30,879 bases of DNA from a virus (taxonomy: Duplodnaviria > Caudoviricetes). The notes beneath the pieces are model-generated. The model ran no database searches, was not told the origin of the DNA, and was given only the letters and a program-made list of their open reading frames with translations. Numbering within the stretch: position 1 is the first letter of the stretch; every line of letters starts with the position of its first letter. Position numbers and translations under genes: made by a program. Location: IMG/VR virus record IMGVR_UViG_3300030012_002903, positions 1-30,879 of that record; one strand, 5' to 3'. Below are positions 1 through 10,300 of the stretch, piece by piece.

Positions 1-402
1 TTTTTTAGTCTGAGCTTTTAGTAGTTTAGATAATTCAGATGTTGATCCTACAAACAATGCATTATTAACTGTTGATGGGCCTTTTTGTTTCTCTTCTTCA
101 TTTACATCTTTTAGTTTCTTTTGAAGATCCATCAATTTATCAGTTGCATCAGCAACGTTCTTTATTAATTGACCTGCAACTTCATATGCTCTTGGCATCT
201 CACTTTCTTGAGCAAGTTCAAGAATACCGTTGATGGCTTCCTGACCTTTTTCTATTATACTGTAGAGATTGCCACGAGTGTATTCATAATCCTTACTGAT
301 ATGATCAGGATTTTGTTTTTCTTTTTTCTGAACCTTCTCAACTTCTGCAGGAACAATACTTGTTTCTACATTGAAAGCATCATCTAATCCGTCGGTTTTC
401 AT
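1..402 (-). CDS. gp16: Terminase small subunit (T4 gp16-like), 3'-truncated by window edge
   Basis: Not in the ORF track. Manual translation from ATG at 402 (ATGA overlap with the gp15 stop) is open to position 1: MKTDGLDDAFNVETSIV...KDYEYTRGNLYSIIEKGQEAINGILELAQESEMPRAYEVAGQLIKNVADATDKLMDLQKKLKD...NNALFVGSTSELSKLLK. The DYEY.R, PRAYEV and FVGST.EL motifs and the position after gp15 are typical of gp16. Confidence 0.93.
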   Translation of the reverse strand, partial: MKTDGLDDAFNVETSIVPAEVEKVQKKEKQNPDHISKDYEYTRGNLYSIIEKGQEAINGILELAQESEMPRAYEVAGQLIKNVADATDKLMDLQKKLKDVNEEEKQKGPSTVNNALFVGSTSELSKLLKAQTKK

Positions 403-1388
403 GTGTAAGATCCGTCAAATCCGAAGTCATCTCCTAGTTCAACTAGGTTACTATCTTCTCTAGGTGAGTAATCGATACCCTTAATTTCTGTTCCTCTAAC
501 ATGTGCTTTAGCAATTGTAGTATCTTGACCTCTTTCAACTGTAATTTTATTACCTGTAATTCTAGTAACTTTCATCTCTTCACCATCAACATCAATAAAT
601 TTCTTAACTGTAATTGCAGTTCCATCTACAACATTGATTGTTGTTTGAGATGCGTCTATATCTTCACTTAGATTTGTTACTGCGTCAGCAGTGTAATCTT
701 TGAGTGCTCTTGGTTTGACAGCGAATGTAACATCTCTTTGTGTGCTTTGTGATCCACCAGCAAGGTAACGAACAGTAGCAGTTTTGATGATGTCTTTGGA
801 TGCAGATGTGACAGGGCCAAATAGATATGTCTTTGCTGTAAATCTTAGTGTATAAAGTAAAACTCTTCTTGATGTAAAGTCTCCCTCATAATCATCTTGC
901 ATCGTGATGTTTTCTAATACAACTGGAACGTCTTTCTTTTCATTGATTAGATCTACAAGATTAATTGTTAGATTATATGATGGTTGGAAAAATGGTAATA
1001 TCTGTTCTACTAACTGTAATGCATCATCATTTAGTTTACACATAATAGCAAGTTCAAATTGCATATTATATGGAACTGGCATGAATACCTTTTTAATATC
1101 TGTTCCGTCGTCTGGATTCTTAACTGCTATTGTTTGAGTTGTTGTTACCTTTCTAGATGAATCATATGTAAGACCTGTAAACTCAAATGACATTCTAGGC
1201 AAACTAATCGCAGTTGCTTGACTTAAATTTGGTGCTTGTTCTAATCTTGCTAAAAACTTTTGTGTCGGGCCATATGCCAAAGGAACTTTTACAGTCGATC
1301 CCTCCTGCTTGATGGTGAGACCATTAAACAGTGTTCCAAAACTGATGATTGTTTTTCTTAGGATTTCGTTGTAAAAATACTCAAACAT
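399..1388 (-). CDS. gp15: Tail sheath stabilizer / tail completion protein (T4 gp15-like) with extra C-terminal module
   Basis: MFEYFYNEILRKTIISFGTLFN...VPLAYGP.QKFLARL...LPRMSFE...PVPYN..FEL...QLVEQILPFFQP...DDYEGDF..RR...YTL.F.AK.YLFGP matches the gp15 family. Lies between gp14 and gp16. AGGA Shine-Dalgarno upstream. Confidence 0.93.
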   Translation of the reverse strand: MFEYFYNEILRKTIISFGTLFNGLTIKQEGSTVKVPLAYGPTQKFLARLEQAPNLSQATAISLPRMSFEFTGLTYDSSRKVTTTQTIAVKNPDDGTDIKKVFMPVPYNMQFELAIMCKLNDDALQLVEQILPFFQPSYNLTINLVDLINEKKDVPVVLENITMQDDYEGDFTSRRVLLYTLRFTAKTYLFGPVTSASKDIIKTATVRYLAGGSQSTQRDVTFAVKPRALKDYTADAVTNLSEDIDASQTTINVVDGTAITVKKFIDVDGEEMKVTRITGNKITVERGQDTTIAKAHVRGTEIKGIDYSPREDSNLVELGDDFGFDGSYT

Positions 1389-1407
1389 TGTTATATCCTG
1401 TTACATG

Positions 1408-1414
1408 TATTTAG
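1408..1414 (-). promoter_or_regulatory. T4-type late promoter (CTAAATA) upstream of gp15
   Basis: Minus strand reads CTAAATA, overlapping the gp14 TAA stop, about 20 nt before the gp15 ATG. It is a variant of the T4 TATAAATA late promoter. Confidence 0.6.
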
Positions 1415-2829
1415 GGTGTTCCAAACGGATTGTTCTCTGAGAAGTCTAAAATAGCATCCGCTTGTAATTCAAACTCATCATTTTCACCAAATCCATCGTC
1501 AAAGTTTGTTAGGTCAATCACTCTAATTAAGTGTGATGCACTTGAAGATGATCCAGTAATTGTCTCTCCAGACCTGAATGTGCCTGTGATATTATATATC
1601 TCTAACTCATTTGTAACAGCGTTCCAAGTTCTAACTCTTGCTGTAGCACCACTTGTTCCACCAGTAATTGTTTCATTAAATGAGTAGTTACCTGAACCAG
1701 AGCTACCTGGTGATGCGATAGAAATGGTGGGTGTTACCGTGTACCCGACACCAGCATTCCTGATATGTATAGCAGAGATCGTTCCAGCAGCACTAACAAT
1801 TGCAGTTGCAGCAGCAGATACTGTTGACAATCCAGTGAATGTTATTGTTGGTGATGTGGTATATCCTGAACCACCTGAAGTGATAGTTACAATACCTACT
1901 ACACCATTCTCTATCTTAGATGTTGCAGCAACACCAGTTCCATCACCAATCACTTGAACTTGTGGATTTGCGGTATATCCAAAGCCAGGATTTACTAAAT
2001 CAATAAACTGTACAACAGACTTTTTACTATCGCTAATATTACCTTCAATAGCAACACCGCTTAGTAACTTAGATGTAGCAATACCAGTTAATCCTCCTGC
2101 AGGTGCAGATGATATTGCAACTCTTGGTGCAAATGTAAATCCTTTACCTCTATTAGATAGGAATATTTGTTGAATACCACCATTGACAATACCTATAGAT
2201 GCAGTTGCTTGAGATGCAGTTCCTACAAGAGTTAGTTTCTGTGTTCCACCAGCACCAATGAGAAACTCTTCTCCATCTGCACCTTCTACTGCCTCTAAAG
2301 TGTCATCTATTTCATCAACACCAGTATCAATAACTTCATCTTCGTAACGGAATAGTTCACATGTTAGTTTAAAAACGTAGGTATCTCTTAACTGATAAAA
2401 TGGTTTTTCATGTTCTACATATTTGATTTCAAATATACGATCACCTAATGGGAAATAAATCAAGTCTCCTTCTTTTGGCCTTGTGGAGAGTTTGACATTA
2501 GATTCATTTTTCATTAGGGGAGATATGTAACTTTCAAATCTTTCTCTTGATATAATTAAAGTAACTTCGTTTGTTGCCTGTATACCAAATTTTGATAGTG
2601 TTGTAGGCATATCATCATACCCATCAAAGTTATCAATATACGCTTCTATAGGATAAGCATCATCAAACTTTGATTGAACTACTTCTTTTAATATTGATTT
2701 CTCACTAACAAATTTTCTTGGCATATAATGAACTTCTACACCATACATCTTCAACTGCTCGTTAATCAAAGATTGAACGAGACTCTGTTCACCAGAGGAG
2801 CCTTGCTGAAAGAATGGATTTAGTGCCAT
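1411..2829 (-). CDS. gp14: Neck protein (T4 gp14-like) with large Gly/Ser/Thr-rich insertion
   Basis: MALNPFF..G...EQ.LVQ.LINEQLKMYG.EV.Y.PR...YPIEAY...LSKFG...RPKEGDLIYFPL..R.FEIKYVEHE.PFYQL...C-terminal ILDFSE.NPFG are gp14 motifs. Lies between gp13 and gp15. Confidence 0.93.
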   Translation of the reverse strand: MALNPFFQQGSSGEQSLVQSLINEQLKMYGVEVHYMPRKFVSEKSILKEVVQSKFDDAYPIEAYIDNFDGYDDMPTTLSKFGIQATNEVTLIISRERFESYISPLMKNESNVKLSTRPKEGDLIYFPLGDRIFEIKYVEHEKPFYQLRDTYVFKLTCELFRYEDEVIDTGVDEIDDTLEAVEGADGEEFLIGAGGTQKLTLVGTASQATASIGIVNGGIQQIFLSNRGKGFTFAPRVAISSAPAGGLTGIATSKLLSGVAIEGNISDSKKSVVQFIDLVNPGFGYTANPQVQVIGDGTGVAATSKIENGVVGIVTITSGGSGYTTSPTITFTGLSTVSAAATAIVSAAGTISAIHIRNAGVGYTVTPTISIASPGSSGSGNYSFNETITGGTSGATARVRTWNAVTNELEIYNITGTFRSGETITGSSSSASHLIRVIDLTNFDDGFGENDEFELQADAILDFSENNPFGTP

Positions 2830-2833
2830 TATA

Positions 2834-3682
2834 TTATCCTATAAAGTCAAGTGGTGGTAGTTCGTAAGTGTTAGACATTTGTTCTCTGATGAGTGCTATA
2901 TCATTGATTGCATCATCATAGATCTGTCTACCATTTAATTCGACTCCACCAGGTAATTTAACTCCTTGGAATTTCATTAAGTTTTGACCCCACTGCTTTT
3001 TAAGATGTGCAGTAAAATATCGTTTTAAAAATGAATCATTAAAAACTCTAGCATAATCATTAGGATCTAATGTTCTATAACAATCAATAACAAGGAACTC
3101 TCCCTCATTAATACTAGACCAATCAATATCTAGATATAGTCTATCTTGTCTTTTATTAAATCTAATTTGTTTTTGTGTGGTTAACAAAAAGTTAATATCC
3201 TCAAGATATCTTTTTGTCATTGCATATGTCATTAACTCAGTTGAACCATAAAAATATACGTCATTTAAAAATAACTGATATTTTAAACTAAACATACCAC
3301 TTGCCATTCTATTTGTTCCATCAAAATGAAACACTTTTGTAATGCCGAGAATGTCTGGTGGAACTTGCAAATAATTTGATGTTTCATTGAAAGTAAATGA
3401 AACCGACTGACCATCAATTGTTGACGTTGCTGTTTGTGTGGTAATACCTACGTTATCAGTATTTCCTCCTCTTGATCTTCCTCTTTTTATATCGTCTTCA
3501 GTAACTTCATATTTTAAAAATGTTGGGTATACACCATCAAAATGACGTTCTTGAAAGTATTGAATTGCATCATCCAATATATCCTCAACTTGCTCATCTG
3601 CAACGTTGATTTCCAATACTGGTGCACCTAACTGCCTTTTAGCATAGGTGATTAGTTCTGATCTAGTGGATGGTTGAGCCAT
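2834..3682 (-). CDS. gp13: Neck protein (T4 gp13-like)
   Basis: MAQPSTRSELITYAKRQLGAPVLEINVADEQVED..DDAIQYFQERHFDG...FLKRY.TA..KKQWGQNL.KF.GV.LPGGVELNGRQIYDDA...YELPPLDFIG are gp13 motifs. Confidence 0.94.
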   Translation of the reverse strand: MAQPSTRSELITYAKRQLGAPVLEINVADEQVEDILDDAIQYFQERHFDGVYPTFLKYEVTEDDIKRGRSRGGNTDNVGITTQTATSTIDGQSVSFTFNETSNYLQVPPDILGITKVFHFDGTNRMASGMFSLKYQLFLNDVYFYGSTELMTYAMTKRYLEDINFLLTTQKQIRFNKRQDRLYLDIDWSSINEGEFLVIDCYRTLDPNDYARVFNDSFLKRYFTAHLKKQWGQNLMKFQGVKLPGGVELNGRQIYDDAINDIALIREQMSNTYELPPLDFIG

Positions 3683-3702
3683 TTATACTATACCTCTATC
3701 CA

Positions 3703-3710
3703 TATTTATA
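3703..3710 (-). promoter_or_regulatory. T4 late promoter (TATAAATA) upstream of gp13
   Basis: Perfect TATAAATA on the minus strand (+ strand tatttata 3703-3710), overlapping the stop of the 130-aa ORF, 20 nt before the gp13 ATG. GAGG Shine-Dalgarno in between. Confidence 0.8.
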
Positions 3711-4098
3711 GTGCGGAGATTGATGATATACCAGGTCGAACAAGAATGTTACCGTCAGCTAACCTATAGAAAGTATTTCCAGAACTAACAACCACATCAT
3801 ATACATATCGACCCTCTTCTAATGTTTTAGTTTGAGTTCCACCTAATGATATACGAACTTTACCATCAGCAGCACTTGTAAATCCAACAGCAAAAGTTGC
3901 TGCAGGAAAAGCAGTTGATCCTATAGAAACACTCTTGGTCATTTGAGATGAACCAGAATATCCTTCAAGATTAAATGCAGTATTTGATGTTCCTACAACT
4001 TCAAAGTTACCTTCAAAATTTGCACCACCAAGCATTGTAAAGTTTGCTGCATGTGCAGCACCAGCTTCTGGATCGAAAGTAATTTTTTTAGTTGCCAT
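3706..4098 (-). CDS. Hypothetical structural protein (probable small beta-sandwich)
   Basis: 130 aa. The pattern NL.GY.G.SQM.K...F.V......G...ISL...QT..L..GRYVYDV......YR...G...V.PG is recognisable from phage structural-region proteins. Start overlaps the 75-aa ORF stop. Confidence 0.8.
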   Translation of the reverse strand: MATKKITFDPEAGAAHAANFTMLGGANFEGNFEVVGTSNTAFNLEGYSGSSQMTKSVSIGSTAFPAATFAVGFTSAADGKVRISLGGTQTKTLEEGRYVYDVVVSSGNTFYRLADGNILVRPGISSISAL

Positions 4099-4315
4099 TT
4101 ACTAACTCCTTTAGTAAAGATTTTATTTCATTCATTTCACTTTTTAGATTAGCAAGATCTGTTTCAATGTTTAAAGATTTCTCTTTTTCAAATTTACGTT
4201 TTCTGCGTTGTGAAATGTATTGTTCATACGCATTAGTATTTGTGTTAATAATTGAATCAGTTCTCGGATCTCTAACTAAATCAGAATGTCCTTCAACTGG
4301 AATGTAATTTGACAT
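4088..4315 (-). CDS. Small hypothetical protein with C-terminal coiled coil
   Basis: 75 aa. TAATG coupling to the VrlC stop. V.GH..L.RD..T..I.N motif then heptad pattern IETDLANLKSEMNEIKSLLKELV. Confidence 0.8.
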   Translation of the reverse strand: MSNYIPVEGHSDLVRDPRTDSIINTNTNAYEQYISQRRKRKFEKEKSLNIETDLANLKSEMNEIKSLLKELVNGN

Positions 4316-7300
4316 TATGCTAAAGTGATAACTCTTAAATTAGTAACTCTAGGAACATAAGTTTGACTTGTAGAAGTTAAAACAAATTTAACTCTATAGA
4401 ATTTAAATGGTGGTAAATCTTCCATATTAAATTCATATTCACGGAAAGTTAATTCATTACTCTTAAATCCTCCAGCATCTGATTTTGGAATAAATCTATC
4501 TGGTCTACCGTCATTCTTCTCTACACTAATTATTTGACCATTGTTATCCAAGTTAGCAAAGCCAGGGAATGGTTCAAATATAGGATCAAAGTTAGGAGTA
4601 GGACTAATAGCATAATATGCTCTTATATCAGAGAATTCATTAATATGTGCCTCAAGCATTATTTTAATTGATGACGCTGAGTTTGCTAAACTATTTTCTC
4701 TAGAAACATATTGACATGCTGTAGGATCATCAAGAAGAGTGTTTACTCTAGGATCCTCAAAGTAATTTGTAATAGGTGCATCAACCCTGTTTGAAACTAA
4801 AACAACATTCATTCTTTGTAGATCTACAAGTGGTGATAAATTAGTGTTACTTGTTTCAAGGGTGAGTGTCATATTTAATGATCTATCTCCAGAATTATTT
4901 TGAGTAACAAGGTTATTAGTTTCATTAACTCTAGATGCAACCATTCTAGCAGAATCTAAGTAATTAGATTTGTTTAGTGTTACAGATTGACTTCCTTTAT
5001 CCAAGAATGGTAAATCTGCTCCTTGACCCAATCCATTGTTTAAATTGGCAGCAGATATAGTTTTTAGTGTTGCTGATATTGTTGTGCCAGGCACAGTTAC
5101 ATTCGCAATGTTTGGCGATATAATTTGGAATGGAATATTTTGTGTTGCACGAGTTTCATAACCACCAGTGGATTTAGTGTCATTAAAGAATAACTTTGGA
5201 TTACTTGCAGCACTTCCATCACTTTCTCTATTTGGTGCAGAGAATGGTAATCCAGTTTGTGCAGGAGTCAAATCTCCTGTATCAACTTTAAGTGTGTAAC
5301 TATCAAATGTAATTGGGTTTGGATCTCTATCAGTTATCTCACTCATTAAATGAGTTCTATTAATTCTTGCAAGAGAAACACCACCTAATTCATATTTACG
5401 AACAGCTGTTCCTTTTATGTAACCTTTAGCATTATTACCTCTTGTAATACCTGTTATAGATCCACCAGAAGCACCTGTGTATTGCATGACTTCATCACCA
5501 ATTTGTAAGAGGCCAGGATTTGTTGCACCAACAGACACATTTTCAAAAGTTGTAAAGTCACTAGCACTAACAACTGATATTGTTGAAGTAGAAACTGGCC
5601 CATAAGGTAGTGATAATTTTGTTGGAACCACATCAGACTCAACATTTGATAAAGTCACTCTGTTTGTTTCATGATGCATACCATGGTTTCTGTGATCCAC
5701 TGTAAAGTGCAATCCATCGCTCACCTCAGTAATTTTCTCCACTGTAGTAATTCTAGCATTAGTATTAGAACTACCAACTGTTGTGTTCAATGAAGTTGTT
5801 ATACCAGTAATTGGATCTGTATATGTCAACCTTCCATTTATAGCAAACTCACCTTGAACATTATCCAATATTAATTCATCAGTCCTACCGATTGAAACAA
5901 TAGAAAGTCTTGCATTTCTACCAACAGCATTATTTCCAATTGTTGCTATACCAAGAACATCACCTTGTTGGAATCCAGTTCCAGAAGTAATAATTCTTGC
6001 TGATGATATTCCACCATCAGTAACCACAACATCAGCAGTCATGGAGTCTCCACCAGCAGTTATATTGGTAAGGGCAACACCAACAAATAAGGCACTTCCA
6101 GATGCAGGAGTATATCCTAAACCAGCGTTTACAATACCCATGCTACCTGTTCCTATACCAGCACTACCAACAAAATCACCAGAGGCATTTGATGCAGCAC
6201 TATAATCAGTATCCCCATCACTAAATGCTAATTGATTAATGGTGTTACCTAGAGTAAGAACAGTATCTGCTAATGATGTTCCAATACCAACTCTAATTCT
6301 CTTTGAATTAATATTAATAGAGTTCGGTCTAAGTTTTGCAATCTGTTGATTACCTTCAGAAAGAATAGGATTATATACCTCCATTGTTCCGCTTTCTTCA
6401 AAGACGGCCTTGTTAATTATAAATTTCAGATCCTCCCACTGAGATGCATCCCAAGTAGAAGCGTTTTGTGATTTAAATAATGACCCTAAGTATGGTTGTT
6501 GTGAAATAAATTCATCAGTTAATAAATCAGATTCACCAATTCTAGATATGAATACTTTATATTTTGTTGACCATGATGCTAAACAAATAGCATATTCTGT
6601 ATTATCACCCTCAAGATACACTGGTGCTTCAAAAGTAAATCTAGTTGGAACAGTTCCGTTAGCAGAAACTTGAATTTCATCAGGTGCTTTAATTATTTCA
6701 GAAAATGGTAAGATCTTTTGTGTTGGAACTCCACCTTCCATTGTTCTAATTTGGAATGTCATGGGTATATCCATGTCATCTTTAGTTTGGAAATAAACAT
6801 CACAACTAGTAATGAATATACCACCACTTTCAGTAACTTGGAAAGATTGTGCTAATGGGTCATACCAACGATCCCTTCTTCCAAGTTCTGTACCCAGTTC
6901 TGTGCTAATAGGTTCTGACTTCATAACAGTAGAACCTGTAAGTGTTCTAGTTGTTCTTGTATCATTAGCAGATGGTAAAGTTTGGATAATCGCATTTCTG
7001 GTAGAAATAATACTTTCTTGAACTGTTTCTAGAGTTCCTGCAGCAGTGTAATTATCTTCACCAAATGTGTCTGTATTCTCTTGATCATTAGTGGTGTTAT
7101 CAATTACAGTAAATGTTTTTGTTCCTGTTTCAAATCTTGGATGATTACCACTATTTGGATTGGGAATATAGAAACTACCAATCAAATTAGCACCAAGATC
7201 GGATATCAATCTTCTATTTGATACAACTGCTGTTGCACCACTTGTCGCACCCACAAGTTCCATTCCAGTCGCTGCATATCCAAAGAAATCTCCCTGTGCT

Positions 7301-10300
7301 TGATCACTCATTGATTTAGTATCAATGTTTAATATTGTTGATGTAGAAGAATATGTCGATGGCATAGTTGTAGCATCACCACTAGCAGATGCAAGTTGAA
7401 CAACACCTGGTGTTCCTAAAAATGTCTCAAGACCAGTTGCACCAACTTGAGAAATATATGGATTTTTATTGAAAACTTCTGTGGGAGCATTATATGGGCC
7501 TGCTCTATGGTTTGCTTGTGCTGCTCTAAATCTAATCGCAGGAATATCTGTTCCTTCTGCTGGATTACCAGAAGCTGGTAATTTTCCAATGACAGTTTCA
7601 CCAACTTGGAAAGTTCCAGTTTGCATTGTAATTTCTAATAATTTAGGAGTGCAGTATTTGTTTACCGCGACACCATCAAAGAATGGATATAACTGTGTAA
7701 GTGGTTTGCACTTAGTAACTCTAAATTCTACATTTCTAGAACGCATGGTCATGATAACATCACGACTTACAACTTTATCTCCTAAAGATTCTTTATCAAA
7801 TTGTTCAGTAACAACTTTTCTTGTTCCAGTTCTAACTTGATTCTCAACTCTGAATGTATCACGAATTGTATCTTCAACTGTTATGTGAGTTTCATAAGTA
7901 ACATCCTGTGAATGGTTAACACCATCACCACCATTAATCCAACCAGCTTTGATAATTTCTTCTTTTACAGTTTGACCAATCTCCATTCTATGTTCTTTTC
8001 TATCTGAAAAATCTTCACCAGCCCATACTGTTTCCCATGCATTCCATTGTATTGGAGCCATTCCAGTTTGTGGATCAACACCAAACTCTTGCATCGCCTG
8101 TGCCATGATGCCAGCAAAATTACCCTCTTTTTGAATTATTTTTGCGTCAATTCTAGCAGTGTCTGTCCATGTATCTGTAGCTGGAGTGAGTTTAACAGTT
8201 GCTTGCCAGAAACTAACCAAGAAAGGTGTAACACTTTCTGTTCTAGTTGCAAACTGTTGACTTAACCATTCTGTTTCTGTGTAGTCTAAAGTAACTACAT
8301 CATCTCCTTTTCTAACATTAGTTCCCTCTACCTCAAGAAAAGCACGATCAGTTCCAGCAGGAACATTTTCTACGGGGCCTGGCATTAAATCTATAGATGT
8401 GCAATAATGCTGTGGTCTTAATTCATTAACCGATGGATCTAAACTACATTTAACTTTAAATCCTCTTGTTTCTTGAGTTTGAAGACTTGTAAAATTATCT
8501 ACAAAGAAACCAGATTTAAACTTATTCAAACCATCCGCATCAGGTATGAATAGATTAGATGTATCTGTTTCTAACATTGATAATGATGTATAATATTCAA
8601 GATTCTTGATTCTATCCTCAAGATCTTTAATATCTTGCATTCTATATCTCTTATATTTTAAGAAATCAATTACCGCATGTTTAGGTGAAATTAGAAATGG
8701 TGGTAATTTAACACTCGCTAATTCTAAAGCATCGTCAACACCAGTCGGTCTTTCTCTTCTTTCTGATGGATCACCAAATTGAACTTGGAATCTACCAGTT
8801 TTATCTAAGAAAATTCTATCTATCCTACCAACAAAATGAGAGAATGTTAAATTTATTGATTCATCAGAAGCCAATATATTTTTTGCAGAACTTCCAGCAG
8901 CAGTAAATGTTCTTCCAAAAAATTCAAATGGTGATCTAACATTTTCAAGAACAGTGTATGAAGAAACTTTTGGTCTTATATCTAAAGTATCAGTTACATA
9001 CTCACCGTTAATCATAGGTATATCTTTACCATATTCAAAACTATCATAAGAATTTTTAACTGTTATATCACCATCATCTGTAGATTCATAGAATCCATTT
9101 TGAAAATATATTTTTAGTTGTTTTTTAGGTGCTTTTGCATTTGACTTTCTAGTGATAAATCCATAATCATAAAAACTACCTCTTTGACCTGTAGTGAATT
9201 TATAATTAGAAGATATATTTCTACTTGGATTATCTAAAGTGGTGATTAGACCTTGAATAGATGACTCTTTAGATGTAATTACTTCTCCCTCTTCAAAAGC
9301 GGTTTCATTTTGAGTGATATATGTGATTTGTGAGTCTGTAATTGATTCTGCAACCACTGCAACAGCACCACTATTTTCACCAACAATTTGTTCACCTATA
9401 ATTAAATCTGTTGTTTTTCCAGAGGGGCCATTTAAAGATGTTAATGTCATCTTAGGTGCAGATGCTTCGGATGTATTATTGGATTCAAATATACCAAGAA
9501 TCCTAACTATATCTGCTTCGTTTAATGATATTTTTTCATCTTGAACTCTTGTTCCTATTGGGAAGTTTCCAGATGTTAAACCATCATTTAATGATGTTGC
9601 ACCGATACCTGATGCAGAGTCCTTAGAATAATTAACTACAGTAACATTAACTCGATTTAATCTTTTTATTTTTGCAGTTGGTTTTGATTTTTGGAGAGTT
9701 GCAATTAATGTACATCCAGTTGTTGCACCACCTAAATCCTCTAATTGTAAAACAGTATTACCAGTAGAAAAATTAAACATATCATCTGTCAATGCAACAG
9801 TCGTGCCATCAGATCTCATGAATACATATCTTTCTTCATCAAAAGGTAAGAACGTTTCATTTACTCCAGCAGTAAGAGCAGAACTTAATTGACCTAAACC
9901 TGTATTTCCATTTACAACTACATCTACATCAAATATTTTTCTAATTGTCAGTGTTGAACTTGTAAGATCGACATCAGATATAAATGCTTTTGGCATTACT
10001 GAATATAATCTATTTTCTGTTGATCTTTCTAATGGTGAAGATTGAAGTTTTAAACTTGAAACAACTGTATCTGATGTTGGAATTGCACCACTAGCTACAC
10101 CTGTAACTGTAGTCACACCAGTGACTTTAACATCATTTGTATTAACTTCAGTGACTCTTGCAAATGATGGAACATTATTACCCAAACCACCAAATGATAA
10201 AATATTTCCAACTTTTACTGTACTAGGGAATAAAGCACTTTCACTAGTTACTGTACATATTCCTGTTGCATTATCTTTTGCAGTAAACTTAGCACTCTCA

